DNA from: Bacillota bacterium
GTDB taxonomy: Bacteria > Bacillota > Clostridia > UBA1381
DNA length: 64,000 bases
Assembly: GCA_024685565.1 (NCBI GenBank)
Contig: JAIKVQ010000182.1
Location: forward strand, 11,672 to 75,671
Direction: 5' to 3'
In this document: piece by piece, positions 50,355-59,680 of the stretch
How the letters are laid out: each line of letters starts with the position of its first letter
Numbering within the stretch: the first letter of the stretch is position 1
Position numbers and translations under genes: made by a program
Notes under the pieces: generated by a model
Databases searched by the model: none
Told to the model about the DNA's origin: nothing
Seen by the model: only the letters and a program-made list of their open reading frames with translations

Positions 50355-52283
50355 ATGGACAATTTGAGTATTGATATAGAAACTTATTCGTCCGTAAACC
50401 TTCAAAAATGCGGTGTATATAAATACGCTGAATCCGATGATTTCGAGATACTTCTGTTCGGATATTCCATAGACGGCGGCGAAGTGCAGGTCATAGATTT
50501 AGCACAAGGCGAAAAGCTACCTCACGATATTGTTGCGGCTCTTACCGATGATTCCGTTACCAAGTGGGCATTCAATGCAATGTTTGAGCGTGTATGTCTG
50601 TCAAAGTATATGGGAGTATATCTCAAGCCTGATGCGTGGCGTTGCACTATGGTATGGTCAGCAACTCTCGGACTTCCTCTCTCCCTTGAAGGTGTCGGTG
50701 CGGTTATCGGACTTGAAAAGCAGAAAATGAAGGAAGGCAAAGACCTCATCCGTTATTTCTGCACACCGAGCAAGGTTAAGGACGGCGGCTTTACACGACA
50801 TACCCCCGAAGACAACCCTGAACGGTGGGAGCTTTTCATAGAATACAACAAGCGAGATGTCGAAACCGAGCTTGCTATAAAACAGCGGCTCTCAAAGTTT
50901 CCCGTACCTGATTCCGAATGGCGAAATTACAAGCTCGACCAAGAGATAAACGACCGAGGCATCCTGCTCGACATGAAGCTCGTACGGTCAGCCATTAAAT
51001 GCGATAACGAATACAAGGAAGAAAACCTTAAAAACGCTCGTGAACTTACAGGACTTGAAAACCCGAACTCACCCGTACAGCTAAAAGCATGGCTTTTGGA
51101 ACAAGGTATCGTAGCCGACTCGCTTTCCAAAAAGGCTGTGGAGGAACTGCTCGAAAAAACGGACGGTGATATTTCAGAGGTATTAAAGCTCCGAAAGCAA
51201 ATGGCGAAAAGCTCTGTTAAGAAATATACGGCTATGGAAAACGCCGTATGCCGTGACAACCGAGCAAGAGGACTTATTCAGTTTTACGGTGCGAACAGGA
51301 CGGGTCGGTACGCAGGACGGCTTATTCAGGTGCAAAACCTGCCGCAAAATCACCTGCCCGAACTCGAAGATGCCCGAAAGCTCATACGGGACGGTAACTA
51401 TGAAACCGCCGAACTGTTATACGGCTATGCTCCGTTTATCCTCTCGGAACTCATACGCACGGCGTTTGTCCCGAAGGACGGATGCAAGTTTTATGTTGCG
51501 GACTTTGCCGCTATCGAAGCAAGGGTCATCGCATGGCTTGCAGGAGAGCATTGGCGGCAGAGTGTATTTGCGGATGGCAAAGACATCTATTGCGCTTCGG
51601 CATCGCAGATGTTTGGTGTCCCCGTTGAGAAAAACGGAGTGAACGGACACCTCCGACAAAAGGGTAAAATCGCAGAACTCGCACTCGGCTATGGCGGCTC
51701 GGTCGGAGCGTTAAAGGCTATGGGTGCGCTCGCTATGGGACTTTCGGAAGAAGAACTGAAACCTCTTGTCGATGCTTGGCGGCAATCGAACTCGAAAATC
51801 GTGCGCTTATGGTGGGACATTGACAGTGCCGTTACATCCTGCGTTAAGACGAAAGAGCGCAAAGAAACACACGGCATCGTATTCGAGTATCAAAGCGGCA
51901 TCCTTTTCATCACCCTGCCATCACGCAGAAGGCTCGCCTATGTGAAGCCGAGAATTGGTGAAAACAGATTCGGCGGTGAAAGCATCACCTACGAAGGTGT
52001 CGGTGGCACTAAAAAATGGGAGCGATTGGAGAGCTACGGCGCAAAGTTTGTCGAGAACATCGTTCAGGGTACTGCAAGGGACATTCTTGCCGAGGCAATG
52101 CTCCGCTTGAATGATGCAGGATACAACATCGTGATGCACGTTCACGATGAAGCGGTTATCGAAGCACCCGATGGCACGAGCCTCGAAGAGATATGTGCCA
52201 TTATGGGACAAACCCCGAAATGGGCTGACGGTTTACTGCTACGTGCGGACGGATATGTTTGCGACTTTTACAGAAAGGACTAA
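50355..52283 (+). CDS. family A DNA polymerase with 3'-5' exonuclease domain
   Basis: SIDIETYS (ExoI), ADFAAIEARV (motif A), RQKGKIAELALGYGG (motif B), VHDEAV (motif C). Confidence 0.85.
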   Translation: MDNLSIDIETYSSVNLQKCGVYKYAESDDFEILLFGYSIDGGEVQVIDLAQGEKLPHDIVAALTDDSVTKWAFNAMFERVCLSKYMGVYLKPDAWRCTMVWSATLGLPLSLEGVGAVIGLEKQKMKEGKDLIRYFCTPSKVKDGGFTRHTPEDNPERWELFIEYNKRDVETELAIKQRLSKFPVPDSEWRNYKLDQEINDRGILLDMKLVRSAIKCDNEYKEENLKNARELTGLENPNSPVQLKAWLLEQGIVADSLSKKAVEELLEKTDGDISEVLKLRKQMAKSSVKKYTAMENAVCRDNRARGLIQFYGANRTGRYAGRLIQVQNLPQNHLPELEDARKLIRDGNYETAELLYGYAPFILSELIRTAFVPKDGCKFYVADFAAIEARVIAWLAGEHWRQSVFADGKDIYCASASQMFGVPVEKNGVNGHLRQKGKIAELALGYGGSVGALKAMGALAMGLSEEELKPLVDAWRQSNSKIVRLWWDIDSAVTSCVKTKERKETHGIVFEYQSGILFITLPSRRRLAYVKPRIGENRFGGESITYEGVGGTKKWERLESYGAKFVENIVQGTARDILAEAMLRLNDAGYNIVMHVHDEAVIEAPDGTSLEEICAIMGQTPKWADGLLLRADGYVCDFYRKD

Positions 52284-52290
52284 CAAGAAA

Positions 52291-52716
52291 ATGAGTGTTA
52301 ATAAATTCAATCCCGAACATTATTACGACCCCACTCCGTATGAAGCAATAAAGAAAGTGGAAAAAGAGGAACGCAAAGCGGTATTCCGTCCCATAATTTA
52401 TGTTTGCTCTCCCTTTTCAGGTGACGTGCGGTCGAACATCGAAAAGGCAAAGGACTACTGCAGGTTTGTTATAAACAACGGCGGCATTCCGCTTGCGCCG
52501 CACCTGTTGTTTCCGCAGTTTCTTTCGGACGATGTACCCGAAGAACGGGAGCTTGCGATATTTATGGATATTGCACTTTTGTCGAAATGCGCCGAACTGT
52601 GGGTGTTTGGTGATACGGTTTCAAATGGCATGAGCATTGAAATCAATAAGGCTAAAAAGAAAAGGCAAAAAATACGGTATTTTAATTCTAACTGCGAGGA
52701 GGTTTTTAAGCTATGA
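52291..52716 (+). CDS. DUF4406 / nucleoside 2-deoxyribosyltransferase-like protein
   Basis: IIYVCSPFSGD...GGIPLAPHLLFPQFL. The start is set at ATG 52291; the track extension overlaps PolA. Confidence 0.45.
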   Translation: MSVNKFNPEHYYDPTPYEAIKKVEKEERKAVFRPIIYVCSPFSGDVRSNIEKAKDYCRFVINNGGIPLAPHLLFPQFLSDDVPEERELAIFMDIALLSKCAELWVFGDTVSNGMSIEINKAKKKRQKIRYFNSNCEEVFKL

Positions 52717-55085
52717 AAATAGCCATCGGCAACAGCCGCTTTGATAAGAAGTGGAAAAACAGAGAAATCTCATGGGAGGATTTCCTGCAAAAAATAAGTA
52801 CGACCATTCACACAACCGAAACGGTCGAGGAATACAGAAAACTGAAAAAAGGTCAGCAGGATGGCATCAAGGATGTCGGCGGTTTCGTTGGCGGTCACCT
52901 GAAGGAAGGCAGAAGGAAAAACGGAAACGTCCTCTGCCGCTCCATGCTCACGCTCGACATGGACTATGCGACCCCCGAAATATGGGACGAGTTAAAAACC
53001 ACCTTCCCATATAGATGCGCAGTATATACCACGCATAAACACACGCCCGAAAAGCCGAGACTGCGCCTTATTATTCCGCTATCCCGTGATATTTCGGAAG
53101 AAGAATACCCTGCGGTAGCCCGTATGGTGGCAAAGGACATCGGCATTGACCTTTTCGATGACACGACCTACGAGCCTTGCCGACTCATGTATTGGGCATC
53201 AACATCGTTAAACGGTGTATTTATGAGCGATTCTATTGATGGTGATACTCTCAATCCTGATGATATACTCGCCCGTTATATTGATTGGCGTGATGCTTCT
53301 ACATGGGCAGTTTCCTCAAGGCAGTCAGAGGTAATCCAAAGAAGCGTAGCCACCCAAGCCGACCCGTTGACGAAACAAGGCATTGTCGGCGCATTCTGCA
53401 GAGCCTACTCGGTGGAGGATGCCATTGACACATTCCTCTCGGATGTATATGCGCCGAGTGCGATGAACGGTCGGTACGACTATATCCCTGCCGACTCCTC
53501 CGCAGGTGTTGTCATATACGATAACCGCTTCGCATACAGCCACCATGCAACCGACCCCGTATGCGGTAGGCTCCTGAACGCTTATGACCTTGTGCGTATG
53601 CACAAATTCGGAAGCCTTGACGAGAACACGCCTCCGCAAACGCCTACAAGCAAGCTCCCGTCATACAAGGCAATGAACGATTTTGCTCTGACCGATACAA
53701 AGGTAAAAGCCGTTCTTGCCGAGGAGCGTATGGCACAGGCGGCAGACGAATTCGACAGCGGCGATTGGCAGACACAGCTTGAGCTTGAAAAGAACGGTCG
53801 CATAAAGGATACGATGTCCAACATCTGCATCATCCTCCGCTACGACCCGAACTTACAGGGCATCGTATATAACCAATTCAAAAGCATGATAGACGTCATC
53901 GGCTCACTTCCGTGGCGGCAGGTAAAGCCAGGATGGAGCGACACCGACCTTGCGTGTGCCAAGATGTATTTTGAAAAAACCTACGGGATATGGTCACCCA
54001 CGAAATTCAAAGATGCCCTGCTTGCGGTAACCTCTGCCGAAAGACTCTATCACCCTGTGAAGGACTATCTGTCCTCGCTCACATGGGACGGCGTGGAACG
54101 GCTCGACACCCTGCTCATAGACTACCTCGGCGCAGAGGATACACCGTATGTACGGGCGGTAACGAGAAAAACCTTCGTGGCGGCTGTTGCAAGAATATAT
54201 GCCCCTGGGACGAAATTCGATTCTATCCTCGTATTAAACGGCAAACAAGGCATCGGCAAATCCACGCTCTTTGCAAGGCTCGGTCGGCAGTGGTTTTCCG
54301 ATTCTCTGTCCATAGCGGACATGAAGGACAAAACTGCGCCTGAAAAACTGCAGGGCTATTGGATTTTAGAAATCTCGGAGCTTAACGGTATGAAGAAGGT
54401 TGATGTGGAAACGGTCAAATCCTTTATCTCCCGTACCGATGACAAGTTTCGTCAGGCTTATGGCGTAACGGTCGAGAGCCATCCTCGCTCCTGCATCATT
54501 GTCGGCACGACCAACTCGGACGGCGGCTTCTTGCGTGACATCACAGGCAACCGCAGGTTTTTCCCTGTCCGTGTTACGGGCGAAGGAAAATACCACGCAT
54601 GGGAACTGACCGACATAGACCAAGTATGGGCAGAAGCTGTCGAGTATTACAACCGAGGCGAGGAGCTTTTCTTAAAGGACGAAGTGGCAAAGGAAGCCTA
54701 CGACCGTCAGCGTGATGCTATGGAGACTGATGACCGAGAAGGCTTGGTGGAAGAATACCTCGAAACCCTGCTTCCCGAAAACTGGTCGGAAATGGACTTA
54801 TACGAAAGACGGAGCTTCCTCGAAGGCACGGAGTTTGGACAGTCAGCGGCTAAAGGGACGGTTAAGCGTGACCGTGTTTGCATTATGGAAATATGGTGCG
54901 AGTGCTTCGGCAAATCCCGTGAGGCTCTAAAGAAAAGCGATTCCTACGAGATTGAGGGTATCCTTTACAAGCTCGGCGGTTGGGAACGTTATTCAGGAAG
55001 CTCATCAGGCAAAATGCGCATTGCAGGTTACGGAATACAAAAAACCTTCATGCGTGTTTCCGATGGGCAACATGGGCAACAGTAA
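52713..55085 (+). CDS. primase/helicase of the VirE (virulence-associated E) family
   Basis: 790 aa. P-loop LNGKQGIGKST. Size and position in the replication module. Confidence 0.7.
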   Translation: MKIAIGNSRFDKKWKNREISWEDFLQKISTTIHTTETVEEYRKLKKGQQDGIKDVGGFVGGHLKEGRRKNGNVLCRSMLTLDMDYATPEIWDELKTTFPYRCAVYTTHKHTPEKPRLRLIIPLSRDISEEEYPAVARMVAKDIGIDLFDDTTYEPCRLMYWASTSLNGVFMSDSIDGDTLNPDDILARYIDWRDASTWAVSSRQSEVIQRSVATQADPLTKQGIVGAFCRAYSVEDAIDTFLSDVYAPSAMNGRYDYIPADSSAGVVIYDNRFAYSHHATDPVCGRLLNAYDLVRMHKFGSLDENTPPQTPTSKLPSYKAMNDFALTDTKVKAVLAEERMAQAADEFDSGDWQTQLELEKNGRIKDTMSNICIILRYDPNLQGIVYNQFKSMIDVIGSLPWRQVKPGWSDTDLACAKMYFEKTYGIWSPTKFKDALLAVTSAERLYHPVKDYLSSLTWDGVERLDTLLIDYLGAEDTPYVRAVTRKTFVAAVARIYAPGTKFDSILVLNGKQGIGKSTLFARLGRQWFSDSLSIADMKDKTAPEKLQGYWILEISELNGMKKVDVETVKSFISRTDDKFRQAYGVTVESHPRSCIIVGTTNSDGGFLRDITGNRRFFPVRVTGEGKYHAWELTDIDQVWAEAVEYYNRGEELFLKDEVAKEAYDRQRDAMETDDREGLVEEYLETLLPENWSEMDLYERRSFLEGTEFGQSAAKGTVKRDRVCIMEIWCECFGKSREALKKSDSYEIEGILYKLGGWERYSGSSSGKMRIAGYGIQKTFMRVSDGQHGQQ

Positions 55086-55086
55086 A

Positions 55087-55291
55087 TTGTTTCCGATTGT
55101 TTCCCAAAATGGGTATGGGCAACATTGCAAGGAAACAACCCAAACCCTTGTGGCGGTAGCCTTGCAGTGTTCCTGTTTCCTATGTTTCCCATTTTTCTAT
55201 ATTGATTATTGAAATAAAGAAAAAAGTATAGGAAACACGCATATACACGCACGAGAGAGTTTGAAACCCATCGGAAACAAACATCGGAAAC
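55087..55291. repeat. iteron cluster (candidate replication origin)
   Basis: GTTTCC at 55089, 55099, 55175, 55184 (plus GTTCC at 55168). Inverted GGAAAC at 55131, 55231, 55273, 55286. AT-rich centre at 55189-55230. Confidence 0.55.
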
Positions 55292-55303
55292 ACGGAGGAA
55301 ATT

Positions 55304-55585
55304 ATGCGAGAAAAAGTAATCGAAACATACCTTGTAAAACAGGTGAAAAAACAAAACGGGCTTTGCCTGAAATTTATATCGCCTTCCCTTGACGGTGTAC
55401 CTGACCGCTTAATCCTGATGCCGCATGGCAAAGCGGCTTTTGCAGAACTGAAAGCACCGAACAAGAAAATGCGACCTCTTCAGGTAAGGCGTAAAAGACA
55501 ACTTGAAGCGTTAGGCTTTAAGGTGTACTGCATAGACAGCCTCGAAATGATTGGAGGGATATTAAGTGAAATACAAACCCCATGA
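55304..55585 (+). CDS. VRR-NUC domain nuclease
   Basis: GVPDRLILMPHGKAAFAELKAP (D...E.K). Confidence 0.7.
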   Translation: MREKVIETYLVKQVKKQNGLCLKFISPSLDGVPDRLILMPHGKAAFAELKAPNKKMRPLQVRRKRQLEALGFKVYCIDSLEMIGGILSEIQTP

Positions 55586-56957
55586 CTACCAAACCTATGC
55601 AACGGCTTTTGTGGAACAACATCCCATCGCCGCCGTGTTCCTTGACATGGGACTTGGTAAGAGCGTAATCACCCTGACCGCCATATACGACCTTTGCTTT
55701 GACAGCTTTGAGGTGTCTAAAGTGCTTGTCATCGCTCCGCTTCGAGTAGCGAGAGATACATGGAAGGACGAAATCGAAAAATGGGAACACCTGCACGGTC
55801 TTTCATATTCGGTGGCAGTTGGAACGGAAGCTGAACGCAAAGCGGCACTTTCAAAAAAGGCTACGGTGTATATCATAAACCGAGAGAACGTTCAATGGCT
55901 TGTTGACAGCGGACTTCCATTCGATTATGACATGGTGGTAATTGACGAGCTTTCGTCCTTCAAATCATATCAGGCAAAACGCTTCAGAAGCCTTATGAAA
56001 GTAAGACCAACGGTAAAGCGCATGGTCGGACTTACGGGAACGCCATCGTCAAACGGACTTATGGATTTATGGGCTGAATTCAAACTGCTTGATATGGGCA
56101 AACGCCTCGGACGGTTTATCACCCATTACCGTGACGAGTTTTTCCTTCCCGACAAGCGAAACGCACAGGTGATTTTTTCCTACAAGCCGAAAGACGGTGC
56201 GGAGGATGCAATCTATAAACGCATATCGGACATCACCATTTCCATGCGAAGCACCGACTACCTTGAGATGCCTGAATGCATTATGAACACCGTGAAGGTC
56301 ACGCTTTCCGAAAAGGAACGTGAGGTGTACGACACTTTCAAGCGAGAACTTGTGGTGTCACTAAACGGGAACGAGGTCGATGCAGGTAATGCGGCGGCTT
56401 TGTCGGGCAAGCTCTCCCAAATGGCAAACGGTGCGGTGTATGGTGAGGAAAAGGATGTCTTTCCCATCCACGACCGAAAGCTCGATGCTTTGGAGGATTT
56501 AATCGAAGCCTCCAACGGCAAACCCGTTCTTGTGGCGTATTGGTACAAGCACGACCTTGAGCGAATAAAAAGGCGGCTTCAAAAAGCAGGTGTATTGTAT
56601 GACACCATAGACAATACAGACACTATCCGAAAATGGAACGAAGGCAAAATCCCTGTCGGAATAATCCATCCTGCATCGGCAGGACATGGACTTAACCTTC
56701 AGGCAGGTGGCTCGACCCTGATATGGTTTGGATTCACATGGAGCTTGGAGCTTTACCAACAAACCAACGGACGGTTATGGCGGCAGGGACAGAAATCCGA
56801 TACGGTCGTTATACACCACATTATAACAAAAGGCACGATTGACGAGAAAATCATGAAAGCCTTAAACGATAAGGACAGAACGCAGACCGCTTTGATTGAT
56901 GCGGTCAAAGCAGAGATTGGAGGTTACAATGAAACATACAATAAAGACCCCGAATGA
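55566..56957 (+). CDS. SNF2-family helicase
   Basis: LDMGLGKS, IDELSSFK, QTNGRLWRQGQ. Confidence 0.8.
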   Translation: MKYKPHDYQTYATAFVEQHPIAAVFLDMGLGKSVITLTAIYDLCFDSFEVSKVLVIAPLRVARDTWKDEIEKWEHLHGLSYSVAVGTEAERKAALSKKATVYIINRENVQWLVDSGLPFDYDMVVIDELSSFKSYQAKRFRSLMKVRPTVKRMVGLTGTPSSNGLMDLWAEFKLLDMGKRLGRFITHYRDEFFLPDKRNAQVIFSYKPKDGAEDAIYKRISDITISMRSTDYLEMPECIMNTVKVTLSEKEREVYDTFKRELVVSLNGNEVDAGNAAALSGKLSQMANGAVYGEEKDVFPIHDRKLDALEDLIEASNGKPVLVAYWYKHDLERIKRRLQKAGVLYDTIDNTDTIRKWNEGKIPVGIIHPASAGHGLNLQAGGSTLIWFGFTWSLELYQQTNGRLWRQGQKSDTVVIHHIITKGTIDEKIMKALNDKDRTQTALIDAVKAEIGGYNETYNKDPE

Positions 56958-57165
56958 AATTACGGTAATCGAGCCGCATCAGTTATTGGCAGAAGCCATT
57001 ATCCTTCAGGCGGTTAAGGATTACAGAAAAGCATTGAAGTATGATGTCAGGAGCGTCAAGCGTGAGTGCGAGAGGTTTTTCCGTTCCGACTGGTTTCAAA
57101 CCCTGACGAAACTGGACGGCAACACGCTGATTAACAGGTTACGAATGGAGGTTAAAGCAATATGA
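56929..57165 (+). CDS. hypothetical protein (78 aa)
   Basis: ATG 56929 after GGAGGT. The track start 56896 is rejected. Confidence 0.5.
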   Translation: MKHTIKTPNEITVIEPHQLLAEAIILQAVKDYRKALKYDVRSVKRECERFFRSDWFQTLTKLDGNTLINRLRMEVKAI

Positions 57166-57599
57166 CAAGCAAAGAATATTTATCACAGGCATACCAACTT
57201 GACAAGCGCATAAACGCAAAAATCAATCAGGTGGCTTCCTTGAACGAGCTTGCAACAAAGTGTACCTCGACCATTACGGGTATGCCCCATGCGCCGAGCA
57301 AAAGCACATCGACAATGGCTGATACAATTACAAAAATCATTGATTTGGAAAATGAAATCAACCACGACATCGACAGGCTCGTTGACCTGAAGCGTGAAAT
57401 GGTACGAGCGATAAAGGCTGTCGGGAATCCCGAATACCAGACCATACTGGAACTGCGGTACTTATGCTTTGAGACTTGGGAGCAGATTTCGTTGGCATTG
57501 CACATGAGCATTCAGCACACCTTCCGTCTTCACTCCCGTGCCTTGAAGGAATTTAGAATCCCGAATAAAAAATCCAAAGTGGAGAGTAAATGTGATTGA
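57162..57599 (+). CDS. sigma-factor-like / DUF1492 late transcription regulator
   Basis: C-terminal QTILELRYLCFETWEQISLALHMSIQHTFRLHSRALKEF (region-4-like HTH). Confidence 0.55.
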   Translation: MTSKEYLSQAYQLDKRINAKINQVASLNELATKCTSTITGMPHAPSKSTSTMADTITKIIDLENEINHDIDRLVDLKREMVRAIKAVGNPEYQTILELRYLCFETWEQISLALHMSIQHTFRLHSRALKEFRIPNKKSKVESKCD

Positions 57600-57777
57600 A
57601 TGAGAGTATGGCTCTATGGTAGAATGTAAAATGTCAAGGAATACAGGATAAGGAAACCTGAATCCATAAATCTCCTTTTTTGAAAGCCCGTGCAGAAAAA
57701 CTGCATGGGCTTTCCTGTCCTTGTACGATGATGTCTGACATTGTGACACCATCCGCAAAAATTAAAAATCATGTACG

Positions 57778-57807
57778 ATGATGTGAGATATGGTCACATC
57801 ATTTTTT
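57778..57807 (+). terminator. rho-independent terminator immediately upstream of the HNH gene
   Basis: 9-bp stem ATGATGTGA/TCACATCAT plus TTTTT. Confidence 0.65.
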
Positions 57808-57836
57808 ATTTCTACACAGCAAGGAGGGATACCCCC

Positions 57837-58205
57837 ATGCCCCTTAAACCGAAACGCCCGTGTTCGTTCCCAGGCTGTCCAAGACTAACCCACGGACGGT
57901 TTTGTGAGGAACACGCAAAGGCAGAAGCAAAGAGGTACGAGAAGTACGACCGTGACCCTGCGATGCGCAAACGCTACGGCAGAGCTTGGCAGGTCATTCG
58001 TGACAGATACATAGCGGCGCATCCTCTGTGCGAGATGTGCAAGCGAAGCGGCAAGCTCACCCCTGCCGAAGAGGTACACCACATCAAACCGCTGTCCCAC
58101 GGTGGAACGAACGCCGAGGACAACCTCATGTCCCTTTGCAAGGTCTGCCACTCCGAGATTACTGCACGGGAAGGCGGCAGATGGACTCCGAAACACAGAC
58201 GGTAG
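57837..58205 (+). CDS. HNH endonuclease
   Basis: EVHHIKPLSHGGTNAEDNLMSLCKVCH. ATG 57837 after AGGAGG. Confidence 0.85.
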   Translation: MPLKPKRPCSFPGCPRLTHGRFCEEHAKAEAKRYEKYDRDPAMRKRYGRAWQVIRDRYIAAHPLCEMCKRSGKLTPAEEVHHIKPLSHGGTNAEDNLMSLCKVCHSEITAREGGRWTPKHRR

Positions 58206-58320
58206 GGGCGGTCTCAATCTCCACGAGCCGCCGCTGACTGAACGGGCGTCCCCCTTCGTGCAAAAAAAGTGCGTTTCAAACGCCCTATTAAACCCAAGCA
58301 GAATCGGAGGTGATTTCAAA

Positions 58321-58890
58321 GTGGCTAAAGACGGAACGAACAGAGGCGGCAGACGGGTACGGTCAGGTGGCAAACCCGATGCTCTTGCCGACAAAATAAT
58401 CAATGGCAAATCCGCAAAGGTTATGGGACTTCCATACACCGAGCTTGACGGCAGTGATGACCTCGGTGAAGTTTCGGAACTCGAAGGAAACGATATGCCA
58501 AACCCAAGCGAATATTTGAGTGCCATGCAGAGGGACGGAAAACCCCTCGGCGCAGACATTATATTTAAGGAAACTTGGGAATGGCTGAAAAATCGTGGCT
58601 GTGAGAAGTTTGTAAACCCACGACTGTTGGAGAGCTACTCACAGGCGTTTGCACGATTTATACAGTGCGAACAAGCGGTAACCGATTACGGCTTGCTCGG
58701 CAAGCACCCTACAACGGGCGGTGCGATTACAAGCCCGTTTGTTACGATGAGCCAGTCTTTTCAGAAGCAAGCAAATGTCTTGTGGTACGAGATATTTGAT
58801 ATTGTGAAGCAGAACTGCACGACAGCCTTTGTCGGTAATCCTCAAGACGATATGATGGAGCGACTTTTGTCTGCTCGGAAAGGAAAATAA
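58321..58890 (+). CDS. terS: terminase small subunit (P27-like)
   Basis: GTG 58321 after GGAGGTG. Position after HNH. ...FVNPRLLESYSQAFARFIQCEQAVTDYGLL... block. Confidence 0.6.
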   Translation: MAKDGTNRGGRRVRSGGKPDALADKIINGKSAKVMGLPYTELDGSDDLGEVSELEGNDMPNPSEYLSAMQRDGKPLGADIIFKETWEWLKNRGCEKFVNPRLLESYSQAFARFIQCEQAVTDYGLLGKHPTTGGAITSPFVTMSQSFQKQANVLWYEIFDIVKQNCTTAFVGNPQDDMMERLLSARKGK

Positions 58891-58891
58891 T

Positions 58892-59680
58892 ATGTTTGAA
58901 AAAGTAAACCCTGCCCATCCCGATAAGGTGGCAGACCGAATTGCAGGTGCGCTTGTCGACCTCGCATACGAAAAAGAGAATAACCCGAAAATCGCCGTGG
59001 AAGTTTTGATAGGTCACGGCGTTTGTCATGTCATTGCGGAATCGTCCGTGGAGCTTGATGCGGTCGAGGCTTGCAAGGCTGTCCACAGAATCGCAGGAAA
59101 CGACCTGATGGTCGATTTCAGATGCGTAAAGCAGGACAGCCACCTTGCCGAAAACCAAGCTGAAGGTTTCCGTTGCGGTGACAACGGCATCTTCAAAGGC
59201 GTACCCGTTACCGAGGAGCAAAACGCTCTTTGTGAGATAGCGCAAAGTGTGTATAACACATACCCGTTTGACGGCAAGTACATTTTAGACGAGGCTCGCC
59301 TCATTATATGTCAGAGCAATGCAAGCAACGAGGAACTCTCCTTCGTATATCCCGAAGCCGAAATTAACCCTCTCGGTTTTTGGACGGGCGGCACGGATGT
59401 CGATACGGGTGCGACCAATCGAAAGCTCGGAAGCGATATGGCAGACAGCGTGACAGGCGGCGGCTTGCACGGCAAAGACCTGTCCAAAGCCGATGTCTCT
59501 GTCAACATCTATGCATGGATTAAGGCGCAGGAAACACACAAACCCGTGGAGCTTTGCTGTGCTATCGGTGACAAAACCGTTGACGGAAAGCCGTATTCAG
59601 AAATCGTGGAAATCGCAAGAGAGTATATCCGCTCCGTGGGCGGCTTCGAGAAGTTTGCGGAATGGGGGCTGTTAAGATGA
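58892..59680 (+). CDS. compact S-adenosylmethionine synthetase (MetK) homologue, 262 aa
   Basis: By eye it aligns with MetK blocks: AHPDKVADRIAGALVDL (GHPDKIADQISDAVLDA), CGDNGIFKG (GAGDQGLMFG), GGGLHGKDLSKADVS (GGGAFSGKDPSKVDRS). Confidence 0.7.
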   Translation: MFEKVNPAHPDKVADRIAGALVDLAYEKENNPKIAVEVLIGHGVCHVIAESSVELDAVEACKAVHRIAGNDLMVDFRCVKQDSHLAENQAEGFRCGDNGIFKGVPVTEEQNALCEIAQSVYNTYPFDGKYILDEARLIICQSNASNEELSFVYPEAEINPLGFWTGGTDVDTGATNRKLGSDMADSVTGGGLHGKDLSKADVSVNIYAWIKAQETHKPVELCCAIGDKTVDGKPYSEIVEIAREYIRSVGGFEKFAEWGLLR

